From the NCBI GenBank assembly GCA_032250835.1, contig JAVVEA010000001.1, positions 224,001 to 288,000 of the forward strand: a stretch of DNA of 64,000 nucleotides, written 5' to 3'. Under the pieces are notes generated by a model, which made no database searches, was not told the origin of the DNA, and saw only the letters and a list, made by a program, of their open reading frames with translations. The translations under genes and the position numbers were made by a program. Positions within the stretch are counted from its first letter, which is position 1. Each line of letters begins with the position of its first letter. This document shows positions 48,248 to 56,869 of the stretch, piece after piece. Source of the stretch: a bacterium (GTDB lineage Bacteria; SAR324; XYD2-FULL-50-16).

Positions 48248-49063
48248 TTATTTTCCGAAGGGGTCCGGTTGGATTTTGGCCACCCAATGGGGCAGCCCCA
48301 AGCCCAGGTGGGGCTCAAGTTGTTTGGCGCGGCCCTGGCGGCTGCGGGCGTCGGGCGGCTGGGCCCCTGCGCCGAAGGCAAAAAGAATTTTATTGGTCCG
48401 TTCGGGCACCATCAGGCTCAAGATACGCCGATCAAAAACCTCGGCCAAGTGGTAATGGTTGATCTGGTAGCGGGACTGGGGCTCGGTCCACAAATTCAAA
48501 GCCACCAACCCGCCACGACTGACTAACCGGCCCAAGGCCCGAAAGAAACCGGGGCCCTGCACCGATTCGGCAACGCCCTCTTTATCAAAGGCATCGACCA
48601 GCACTAGGTCATAGTCAAAGCGCTTGGCGTGGACCAGATAGTCCTTCACGTCGGCGATGATCAGGTTCAAACGGGGCGAAGCGAGCAGGCCAAAGTGTTC
48701 CTGGGCTAATTGGACCACCGATTCACGCAGTTCCACCGCGTCCACCCGGCAGTTAGGGTAGCGCTGCAAGAGGTACTTGACCATCGAGCCACCGCCCAAT
48801 CCAATAAACAGAACCCTTTGCGGCTCCTCATCCAGCAAAGCCAATGAACACATCATGGCTTGGGTGTAGTCGAGAATTAGCCGGTCTGGCTGAGACACGG
48901 ACATGGCGCTTTGCTTTTCGGGCCGGTCAAAGTGTAAGCTCCGTTCACCCTTGCGCTCGATCACCTGGATTTCGCCCCACTCGTCTTCAAGGGATTCCAA
49001 AAGTCGCCCTCCGAAGCGGCTGCTACCCCAGTGGCCAATCAGTTCTTTTAGTCCCCTTTGCAT
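48248..49063 (-). CDS. Spermidine-synthase-like SAM-dependent transferase
   Basis: QSAM...LDYTQAM, LFIGLGGG, VELRESV, DLVLVDAFD. Start uncertain (track gives 49126). Confidence 0.85.
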   Translation of the reverse strand: MQRGLKELIGHWGSSRFGGRLLESLEDEWGEIQVIERKGERSLHFDRPEKQSAMSVSQPDRLILDYTQAMMCSLALLDEEPQRVLFIGLGGGSMVKYLLQRYPNCRVDAVELRESVVQLAQEHFGLLASPRLNLIIADVKDYLVHAKRFDYDLVLVDAFDKEGVAESVQGPGFFRALGRLVSRGGLVALNLWTEPQSRYQINHYHLAEVFDRRILSLMVPERTNKILFAFGAGAQPPDARSRQGRAKQLEPHLGLGLPHWVAKIQPDPFGK

Positions 49064-49126
49064 ACTTGCCTTTAAAAGGTTGGGCGGGCTAGTCTGCAGG
49101 ATACCAACCTGCTGATGGAATGACAA

Positions 49127-49546
49127 ATGGCAAAACCAACCCCCGATGACTTCCGCTTCAAGCTAGAGCTGGCGGTACGTGATTATGAATTGGACCTTTT
49201 GGGCATGGTGAATAACTCGGTGTACCAAAGTTATTTGGAACATGCCCGGCATGAATTCCTCAAGGAAATCGGCATCGATTTTGCCGGGATGTTTAAGGAA
49301 GGCTACCGGCTGGTGGTGGTTCGCTCGGAACTGGACTACAGACAAACCTTACATTCAGGCGATCGTTTTTTGGTCTGCGTCCGCCTAGAACGGGACTCTA
49401 AGGTACGCTTCCGCTTCCACCAAGCCATCTTTAGGCTGCCTGACCTTACCCTAGCGATTGAAGCCCAGATTCTGGGCACTTGCCTCAAAGAAACTGGCCG
49501 CCCCTGTTTTCCCCCAGGATGGGAATCTTTGGTTGAGCCTCTATAA
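49127..49546 (+). CDS. Acyl-CoA thioesterase (4HBT/YbgC hotdog family)
   Basis: VRDYELDLLGMVNNSVYQSYLEHAR. Confidence 0.9.
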   Translation: MAKPTPDDFRFKLELAVRDYELDLLGMVNNSVYQSYLEHARHEFLKEIGIDFAGMFKEGYRLVVVRSELDYRQTLHSGDRFLVCVRLERDSKVRFRFHQAIFRLPDLTLAIEAQILGTCLKETGRPCFPPGWESLVEPL

Positions 49547-49577
49547 CCATATCCGCCAATATCTTTAACAAATCAAA

Positions 49578-51005
49578 ATGACCCTTGAACCTGCCGCTTT
49601 GGTGCTGTTGATCTTTTTACTGCTTTGGGCTTTGGCTGCGCTCTTTTGGGGCTTTAAGCAAAAAGGGCGAGCGGACCTCAGCGAAGCCGGGGCCCAAAGC
49701 GCCGAAAGCAGGGCTCTGGCCTTAAGCCAAGAGCTGAGCGCCTTAAAGGTGGACCAAGAAACGAGCCGCGAAGAATTGCAAGAGCTTTTCAGCCAACGCA
49801 GCGGATTGAGCGAAAAGGTGGAGTCCGCCCAGTCTCAGCTATCCAAGGCTGAAGCACGCTCAGCGGCCTTAGAAGCCGAACTTAACCAAGCCCGTCAAAG
49901 CGAATCTAAGCTCAGCCGCCTGCTGGGCGAAGCGGAAACGAGGCTAGAAGACGAAGCCAAAGCCCGCAAAGAACAATTCGAGCGCCTAGAGGAACAGCGC
50001 AACCAGCTCAAGGAACAGTTTGAAAATTTAGCGAACCGGATCTTTGAAGAGAAGCACAAACGCTTCTCCGAGACCAGCCAAGAGGGCCTCAAAACGCTGC
50101 TCAACCCGCTACGCGAACAGCTAGGGGATTTTAAGAAAAAGGTCGAGGAAACCCACGAAAAGCGCACCAGCGACCAAGCCCAGCTATTGGAGCAGATCCG
50201 TAACCTCAAGGACCTCAACCAAACCTTAGCCCAAGAGGCCCACGCCTTGACCAGCGCCCTGAAGGGGGAATCAAAAACCCAGGGTGACTGGGGCGAACTG
50301 ATCTTAGAGCGCATCTTAGAGCAGTCGGGCTTGACCAAGGGCCGTGAATACGACCTCCAGCCAAGCTACCAAAACGCCGAGGGCAACTTATCCCGCCCCG
50401 ACGCGGTGATCCACCTGCCCGAGGGGCGCGACTTGGTGGTGGACTCTAAGGTTTCGTTGACCGCCTTCGAGCGCTTCCATAACGCCGAGGACGAGGAACA
50501 ACGGGCAGCGGCCTTAAAAGAACACCTTAGTAGCGTTAAAGGGCATATCAAAGGGCTTTCGGCCAAAAATTACCAAGGCCTAGAACAGCTCAAGACCTTA
50601 GACTTTGTTTTGATGTTTGTGCCCTTAGAAGCGGCCTTTTTGGCGGCCCACAACCAAGACCCCGGCCTATTTAAGCTGGCCTTTGATGCCAACGTGCTGC
50701 TGGCGAGCCCTTCGACCCTGTTGGTGACCCTGCGCACCGTCGCCAACCTCTGGCGCTATGAGGACCAAAACCAAAATGCCCGTGAAATTGCCGCCCAGGC
50801 GGGGCGGATGTTAGAAAAGTTCAGCCTCTTTGCGGACTCTTTAAGCGAGGTGGGCAGCCGGATTGGGCAGGCACAAACGGCCTACGATACCGCTCTGAAG
50901 CGTTTCAGCGATGGCCGCGGCAGTTTGGTGGATCAAGCCAACAAGCTACAAGCCATGGGGGTAGAAACCAAAAAGAAACTACCGGCCCCAAATTTGGACG
51001 AATAG
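49578..51005 (+). CDS. rmuC: DNA recombination protein RmuC
   Basis: N-terminal TM, coiled coil, QGDWGELILERILE, RPDAVIHLP, VDSKVSL, FVLMFVP. Confidence 0.95.
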   Translation: MTLEPAALVLLIFLLLWALAALFWGFKQKGRADLSEAGAQSAESRALALSQELSALKVDQETSREELQELFSQRSGLSEKVESAQSQLSKAEARSAALEAELNQARQSESKLSRLLGEAETRLEDEAKARKEQFERLEEQRNQLKEQFENLANRIFEEKHKRFSETSQEGLKTLLNPLREQLGDFKKKVEETHEKRTSDQAQLLEQIRNLKDLNQTLAQEAHALTSALKGESKTQGDWGELILERILEQSGLTKGREYDLQPSYQNAEGNLSRPDAVIHLPEGRDLVVDSKVSLTAFERFHNAEDEEQRAAALKEHLSSVKGHIKGLSAKNYQGLEQLKTLDFVLMFVPLEAAFLAAHNQDPGLFKLAFDANVLLASPSTLLVTLRTVANLWRYEDQNQNAREIAAQAGRMLEKFSLFADSLSEVGSRIGQAQTAYDTALKRFSDGRGSLVDQANKLQAMGVETKKKLPAPNLDE

Positions 51006-51082
51006 CGCCTCCTGAAGATTGACGCTCGCTTTTTTTTAGTCCTTTCCTTAAACTGAAAAGTTGAATCCAGCGGAGTGAGGCT

Positions 51083-51838
51083 ATGGACTATCGAGAAATC
51101 TTAATCGTTCACCCTGAACAAACGATCCGGGGCCTAATGGAGGGATACCTCCATTCGGAATTCGAGGATATGATGGTCGTCGAAGCGAGTTCTTCGGAAC
51201 AGGCCGAAGAGCTGCTGAGCGAAAAGGCTTTTGACCTCATCCTGGGTTCGAGCGCTTTGCCCGATGCCTTGGGCGTTCAGTTTTACGTCCGCGCCCGCCG
51301 CTCGCTACAAAATGCCGAGACCCCCTTTGTGATGGTCGTTGACGCCGACTCAAAAGAACCCAGTTCGCGGTTCTTCCAGCACGGCATTGAGCATGTTTTA
51401 CACCTCCCCTTTAGTTCTGACGCCCTACACAAAAAGGTGCGCGCACTGACCAACCCCCGCAACAAGCGCAAGATGCCGCGCTTTTCCTTCCCGGGCATTG
51501 AGGTGCATTTGCTAGATAACAAGGAACGTTTTAAGGGCCGGGTGATCAATTTAAGCCAAAATTCGATTCTTAGTGAAGTGGACTGTTCCAAGGGCTTTCC
51601 TCATCTGCTAGGATCATCCGTTATGGACCTTGTATTTCCCGCTGAGTTAAACGGCATCCATATTGAGGGCATTTCCTGCCGTTTGTCTCGGGTGCGTGTG
51701 TTGGAGTGGAACGACTTCAACGGCCCCCAAAAAATCCGGGTCGCCTGGGCCTTTGTCTCTTTAGAAGGCAGAGCCGCCCGCGATCTCGGTGAAGCCCTCG
51801 ACTTGATTGAACAGGCCTATATCGGCGTGGGCCAGTAG
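51083..51838 (+). CDS. Atypical receiver domain plus PilZ-like domain
   Basis: Receiver-like fold lacking the acidic residues, then RKMPRF and INLSQNS. Confidence 0.65.
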   Translation: MDYREILIVHPEQTIRGLMEGYLHSEFEDMMVVEASSSEQAEELLSEKAFDLILGSSALPDALGVQFYVRARRSLQNAETPFVMVVDADSKEPSSRFFQHGIEHVLHLPFSSDALHKKVRALTNPRNKRKMPRFSFPGIEVHLLDNKERFKGRVINLSQNSILSEVDCSKGFPHLLGSSVMDLVFPAELNGIHIEGISCRLSRVRVLEWNDFNGPQKIRVAWAFVSLEGRAARDLGEALDLIEQAYIGVGQ

Positions 51839-51870
51839 CCCCGCCAGTACCCAACCCCCCAAGGAGTCCC

Positions 51871-52890
51871 ATGAAGGTTGCCATTGCAGGCGCCACCGGC
51901 GCGGTCGGCGCAGACTTGATCGACTTGTTAGAGCGGCGTAATTTTCCGCTCTCTTCTTTGAAATTGCTGGCCTCAGCTCGTTCTGTGGGCAAAAAGTTGA
52001 CCTTCAAAGGGCAAGAGATCACCGTCGAAGAACTGACCGCAGATAGCTTCGAAGGGATTGATTTGGCTTTCTTTTCAGCCGGTGGGTCGCGTAGCGAAGA
52101 GTTTGCCCCGGCGGCCGTCAAGGCTGGCGCAATCGTGGTGGACAACTCCTCGGCCTTCCGCATGGACGAAGGGGTTCCCTTGGTGGTTCCTGAAGTCAAC
52201 GGGGAGGCGGCCTTTAGCCACCACGGCCTGATCGCCAACCCGAACTGCACCACTATCCAGATGGTCGTCGCGCTCAACCCCTTGCACCAAAAAAGCCCGA
52301 TCCAACGGATCGTGGTCAGTACCTATCAGGCGGTCTCGGGCTCTGGCGCTAAGGCGCTTGAGGAATTGAAGCAACAAACCAAGGATTGGGCGGCTGGAAA
52401 GCCGATGAAAAATGAAATCTACCCCTATCCGATTGCTTTCAACGTGATCCCTCACGTAGACGTCTTTAAGGAGAACGACTACACCAAAGAAGAAATGAAG
52501 ATGGTCTTCGAAACCCGCAAGATCATGAGCGCACCGGACATACGCGTTTCGGCGACTTGTGTGCGGGTGCCGGTGTTCCGTGCCCACTCCGAGTCGATCA
52601 ACATTGAGACCCGAGACAAGATCACCGCTGCCGAGGCGCGCGCGATTTTAGAGCAGGCCCCTGGGGTGGTGGTGTTCGACGAGAAGAAGCCCGGTGGTTA
52701 CCCCGTACCCGCCGAGATCAGCGGCAAATTTGACACCTATGTGGGCCGCATCCGCGAGGATATTTCCTGCGACAACGGCTTAGCCTTATGGGTAGTCGCC
52801 GATCAGCTCTATAAGGGAGCGGCACTCAACGCGATCCAGATTGCCGAAATCTTACTCACCCGCCCCAAAAACCAAGGCGGCTTAGGCTAG
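51871..52890 (+). CDS. asd: Aspartate-semialdehyde dehydrogenase
   Basis: GATGAVG, DNSSAFR, IANPNCTTIQ, CVRVPVFRAHSES, KGAALNA. Confidence 0.97.
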   Translation: MKVAIAGATGAVGADLIDLLERRNFPLSSLKLLASARSVGKKLTFKGQEITVEELTADSFEGIDLAFFSAGGSRSEEFAPAAVKAGAIVVDNSSAFRMDEGVPLVVPEVNGEAAFSHHGLIANPNCTTIQMVVALNPLHQKSPIQRIVVSTYQAVSGSGAKALEELKQQTKDWAAGKPMKNEIYPYPIAFNVIPHVDVFKENDYTKEEMKMVFETRKIMSAPDIRVSATCVRVPVFRAHSESINIETRDKITAAEARAILEQAPGVVVFDEKKPGGYPVPAEISGKFDTYVGRIREDISCDNGLALWVVADQLYKGAALNAIQIAEILLTRPKNQGGLG

Positions 52891-52945
52891 GCAATTTCTA
52901 CCGATCGGGCAAAGACCTGAAAGTCGGTAAACTAAGCCTTTAGAG

Positions 52946-52985
52946 AAAAAAGCCCGGTTACCTAATAGGTAACCGGGCTTTTTTT
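52946..52985. terminator. Bidirectional intrinsic terminator after asd
   Basis: AAAAAAGCCCGGTTACCT-AAT-AGGTAACCGGGCTTTTTTT. Confidence 0.9.
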
Positions 52986-53091
52986 ATTGCTCTTGGCAAC
53001 GCCGCGGAGACGATCTGAAAGGTTCTTGCACCTTATCCCTTACGCTGGGGCCCAAGCTGGTGTCTCCGGTCGAAGCTAACCTCCCAGAGAC

Positions 53092-53133
53092 AAAAAAAGC
53101 CCCGCCGCCCACTTGGGGCCACGGGGCTTTTTT
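53092..53133. terminator. Bidirectional intrinsic terminator after cysK
   Basis: AAAAAAAGCCCCG...CGGGGCTTTTTT. Confidence 0.75.
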
Positions 53134-53179
53134 ATTTTCTTCGACCTGCGCTCCTCTACCAAAGCCGCAAATGGGCCTT

Positions 53180-54106
53180 TTATGCCTCGTAAAGGGGGGT
53201 AGAAAGGTATCGTTCGCCGGTGTCGGGTAAGATCACCACAATCTTCTTACCGGCGTTTTCGGGCCGTTTAGCCAACTGCATAGAGGCGAAGATTGCCGCT
53301 CCCGCCGAGATACCCGCCAAGACACCTTCTTTGGAAGCCAACAGGCGGGCCGATTGGGCCGCGTCGTCATCGGCCACCTGGATCACTTCGTCGATCACCT
53401 GGGTGTTTAAGACCTCCGGCACAAAGCCCGCGCCGATCCCTTGGATCTTATGTAAGCCCGGCTGCCCGCCCGAAAGGACCGGGGAGTTTTTGGGCTCTAC
53501 GGCCACGATCTTGACGTTAGGGTTCTTTTCCTTGAGCACTTCACCCACACCGGTGATGGTGCCACCGGTGCCGACGCCGGCCACGAAGATATCCACCGTA
53601 CCTTCGGTGTCTTCCCAGATTTCAATGGCAGTGGTTTCGCGGTGCTTGGCCGGGTTGGCGGGGTTGGCAAACTGCTGGGGAACAAAATAACCGGGGCCCT
53701 GTTCGGAAATCTCTTGGGCTTTGTCTATCGCACCGCGCATCCCTTTGGAACCATCGGTTAAGACCAACTCAGCTCCCAAGGCGCTTAAGAGCTTGCGGCG
53801 CTCTAGGCTCATGGTTTCGGGCATGGTGAGGATCAGGCGGTAGCCTTTGGCGGCGGCCACCCAGGCTAGGGCGACGCCCGTGTTGCCACTGGTGGGCTCC
53901 ACGATGATGGTGTCTTTACTCAGCAACCCGGCCGCTTCAGCGGCTTCAATCATGGCTAGGCCAATGCGGTCTTTGACGCTGCCGCCGGGATTGAACATTT
54001 CCATTTTACCCAAAATTTGGGCGTCAAGCCCCTCACCCAAGCGGGTGAGGCGGACTAGAGGAGTGTGTCCAATGCACTCGGCGAGGCTCTGGTAAATTTT
54101 TCCCAT
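53180..54106 (-). CDS. cysK: Cysteine synthase A
   Basis: [44 protein letters not shown]. Confidence 0.97.
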   Translation of the reverse strand: MGKIYQSLAECIGHTPLVRLTRLGEGLDAQILGKMEMFNPGGSVKDRIGLAMIEAAEAAGLLSKDTIIVEPTSGNTGVALAWVAAAKGYRLILTMPETMSLERRKLLSALGAELVLTDGSKGMRGAIDKAQEISEQGPGYFVPQQFANPANPAKHRETTAIEIWEDTEGTVDIFVAGVGTGGTITGVGEVLKEKNPNVKIVAVEPKNSPVLSGGQPGLHKIQGIGAGFVPEVLNTQVIDEVIQVADDDAAQSARLLASKEGVLAGISAGAAIFASMQLAKRPENAGKKIVVILPDTGERYLSTPLYEA

Positions 54107-54146
54107 GATTCTTCCTGCAAGGTATTCTAGATAACAGTTTATCGGA

Positions 54147-54176
54147 ATTCTTGCGCGGAACTGGACGGGATGTCAA
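54147..54176 (-). promoter_or_regulatory. Sigma70-type promoter for cysK
   Basis: Minus strand TTGACA-N18-AAGAAT. Confidence 0.45.
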
Positions 54177-54260
54177 ATAAAAGCGTTAAATTGCTATATT
54201 CGACTATTCAAAGTCTAATTACCCATAGGGCAAGCCCCCCCGGACTTGGAGGGGGGGGAA

Positions 54261-54758
54261 TTAGACGGCCTTGCGCTCGCTGCTTTCGCGGGTCCTTTGC
54301 GGCTCAACCGGTGCTGTTTGCTCTTCGCTAGAAGAACTAGTGATCAGGGCTTCACGGGTAGTGTAGTCCGAATCGATCAGCACGTATTGGTGGCCGATAT
54401 GCGCATCAGAGTTGATCACCAGCGGGCCTTGCAGGTTCACCGTAACGTCGGCGACCTCTTTGGCCATCGTGACGATGCAGTAGACCACCAAGTTGTCCGT
54501 ATCTTCGGCCTTGATCAACTTCAAGTCATTCATGGTGACGTTGAAGTGGTAGTCTGGGCGAACCACCAAAGGATCAACCACCACAAAAGCCAAGGCAGGA
54601 TTATCTAACGATTGCAGCATCATAAAGGGCTGCGAACGTTCTTCTTCCACCAAGGTAAAGCGGGTGCAATCCGGGAAGCCCAAGGGACCTTCTGGAAAAA
54701 TCACGATGTCTTCATGCTCGACTTCGATCATCCCAAAACGGGTAGTTTCGAATTTCAT
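54261..54758 (-). CDS. fliW: Flagellar assembly factor / CsrA antagonist FliW
   Basis: TTRFG, IFPEGPLGF, LQSLDNPALAFVVVDP, TVNLQGPLVIN. Adjacent to csrA. Confidence 0.95.
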   Translation of the reverse strand: MKFETTRFGMIEVEHEDIVIFPEGPLGFPDCTRFTLVEEERSQPFMMLQSLDNPALAFVVVDPLVVRPDYHFNVTMNDLKLIKAEDTDNLVVYCIVTMAKEVADVTVNLQGPLVINSDAHIGHQYVLIDSDYTTREALITSSSSEEQTAPVEPQRTRESSERKAV

Positions 54759-54835
54759 TGTACGCCTCGAATTTGGAGTTGTAGCCCCTTACGGGGGGTG
54801 TTTAGGCCCAAGGCCCGAGTCTAAATCTGAATCTG

Positions 54836-55069
54836 TCAGTCTTTTTTCTTCCAGATATCAGAAATGCTTTTTAAGCTGAGCGGGCTTTGTTGGGCCGCCA
54901 GTTTGTTCTCCTCTTGAATCCGCTGGTAGATCTCTTCTCGGTGGATCGAGTACTTTTTAGGTGCCTGGATACCCAAGCGCACCTGTTTTCCTTTGATCTC
55001 CAAGACCTGAATCTTGATGTCGTCACCGATCGTGATCGATTCCCCCAGTTTCCTCGTTAGGATCAACAT
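54836..55069 (-). CDS. csrA: Carbon storage regulator CsrA
   Basis: [18 protein letters not shown]...VRLGIQAP...IHREEIY. Confidence 0.98.
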   Translation of the reverse strand: MLILTRKLGESITIGDDIKIQVLEIKGKQVRLGIQAPKKYSIHREEIYQRIQEENKLAAQQSPLSLKSISDIWKKKD

Positions 55070-55070
55070 A

Positions 55071-55084
55071 CGCCCTCCATGGCG
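55071..55084 (-). promoter_or_regulatory. CsrA-binding-type hairpin overlapping the csrA SD
   Basis: mRNA CGCC-AUGGAG-GGCG directly before the AUG matches CANGGANG. Confidence 0.55.
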
Positions 55085-55152
55085 AACGGTTAGCCGCGCC
55101 TCTTATTTCCCGAAGGTTTAAGAGGCCGGAGCTTCAAGCTCCATGCAAATTA

Positions 55153-56859
55153 TCATTTCAAGAACTGGACCAGAGTCGGCTGAATTAAGCGAGCCGAAGC
55201 ATCTAATGCCGTTTGGTGCTTTAATTCTGCTTTGTTCAAATCCAAAGCACCCTTGGCTAGATCCATATCCTGGATTTCCGAGAGCTCACCAGCTTTATAG
55301 TCCATGTTCTGCTTAAGCCGGTCTTCAGACGATTCCAACTCTAACACCCTAGAACCGATTTCGGAGCGGGCCTTCAAGAGCTGGTTGATCGCCTTATCCA
55401 TATCGGAGATGGACTCCAATACGGCTTCCTGCTCGTCGTCTCGCAACGATTGGATCAGCCGGTTGAGCACCTCGAAGGTGTTGACCGAATCAGGATCTTC
55501 GTCGCGCTTCATGAACATCTCTGGCGCGGTGGTGTTCAAAGCAACTTTGATACCATTATCAATGGGCACTTGTTTGACCACGTCGTTTCCATGGTATTCT
55601 ACAAACTCATTGCCTTCGAACTGGAACTCAACACCCTCTAAGAAATAAGGTTTGCCCGGTGCATCAAAAATCAACCGAACTTTATCCGACGGTTTCCCTT
55701 CTGGATTGTAGATTTCATTTTGCTTATTTAACACCTCTGGGCGAGACCAAGTCTCCCCCCCATCGTCGGAAACAACAAACCGCGCCGTGCCGTAGGTGCC
55801 CGCTTTTGAGACCCGGACCAAGTAACTTTCCTTCGAATAGCCCTTAAAGGTCGGCGAATAGGTTTCAAAGGGAATGGGCTCGTCGGTCGGCTTGGGCGCG
55901 TTGTCGCCCGCCACGTCCTCGGCTCCTTGTAGGGGTTGAAGCTGCTGATCTGCCGTCTGGCCTAAGAACTTAAACCCCATGGCCTTCACGAACCCGGTGG
56001 TGTCTTCGCCAAACTTAAAGCTATGCTGCGGGCTAGGGTCCAGATATAGATGCCCATCTACCCCGATCTGCGCAAAGAGGCGGGTCTTAAAGCCCACAGG
56101 ACTCTCTGGATCTTCCATAAAGCCCTCGGCTTCAATGAAGGCGTCATTTAGCTTTTTAACCACCTCTTCAAGGCTCTCATCCCCCATCAAGTCGATTTCT
56201 ACCGGCTTGGGACCGGCCTCTTCACCCTCCAGAGGCGGCAGGGGGTTTCCTTCGGCGTCTAATATAGGCGGCGGCTCCACAAAGAGCTGGAGTTTTCCGG
56301 GCATCATGCCTGGAACCACCTGATTGATCGGCTTGTCCTGATCCAAGGGGATCACCTCACGATCGGCCTTAATCCGCAGACCGTCGAATTGGATCTCTGC
56401 TGGTTTTAATTCGCTGTTTAACTTAAGCGGCTCCGTGAAGGTCTTGGTCCCCGAAAAGAGGAAAAGTTTGCCTTCGCGCTTGTTGGCCAGCTTGATGAGG
56501 TCATCGGTGATCATCTTGATCTCTGTAGACAACACGGCCCGCTGCTCTTTGGGGATACCACCGTTGGCCCCTTGTAGCGCCATTTCCTTGAGCTTCATCA
56601 TGGTCTCAGTAATCTGGCTGGTCGCCGCTTCGGTGGCATTCAGCCAGACCTTGTCGGAGCCAATGTTTTTTTCCAGATTCTGGGAGCGGTTGATGCTGGT
56701 ATGGAAGTCTTGGACCATAGCCGCGCCGACCGGGTCGTCTGAAGGCTTGTTCAACTTCTTACCGTTGGACATACCGATCATCAATTCCTGCAACTCCTCG
56801 GCATTTTTGCCCAGGTTTGCCGAAACGGCCTTATGTTTTGTCTGATCAGTAACGCGCAT
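55153..56859 (-). CDS. flgL: Flagellar hook-associated protein 3
   Basis: MRVT...GKKLNKPSDDPVGA, FLFSGTKT, C-terminal PTLVQFLK. Confidence 0.93.
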   Translation of the reverse strand: MRVTDQTKHKAVSANLGKNAEELQELMIGMSNGKKLNKPSDDPVGAAMVQDFHTSINRSQNLEKNIGSDKVWLNATEAATSQITETMMKLKEMALQGANGGIPKEQRAVLSTEIKMITDDLIKLANKREGKLFLFSGTKTFTEPLKLNSELKPAEIQFDGLRIKADREVIPLDQDKPINQVVPGMMPGKLQLFVEPPPILDAEGNPLPPLEGEEAGPKPVEIDLMGDESLEEVVKKLNDAFIEAEGFMEDPESPVGFKTRLFAQIGVDGHLYLDPSPQHSFKFGEDTTGFVKAMGFKFLGQTADQQLQPLQGAEDVAGDNAPKPTDEPIPFETYSPTFKGYSKESYLVRVSKAGTYGTARFVVSDDGGETWSRPEVLNKQNEIYNPEGKPSDKVRLIFDAPGKPYFLEGVEFQFEGNEFVEYHGNDVVKQVPIDNGIKVALNTTAPEMFMKRDEDPDSVNTFEVLNRLIQSLRDDEQEAVLESISDMDKAINQLLKARSEIGSRVLELESSEDRLKQNMDYKAGELSEIQDMDLAKGALDLNKAELKHQTALDASARLIQPTLVQFLK

Positions 56860-56869
56860 TTTGCCTGCC

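Noticed and set aside
54138-54146. Sigma28 -10 (TCCGATAA) upstream of cysK
   Set aside because: No TAAA at the required spacing. A sigma70-type TTGACA explains the region better.
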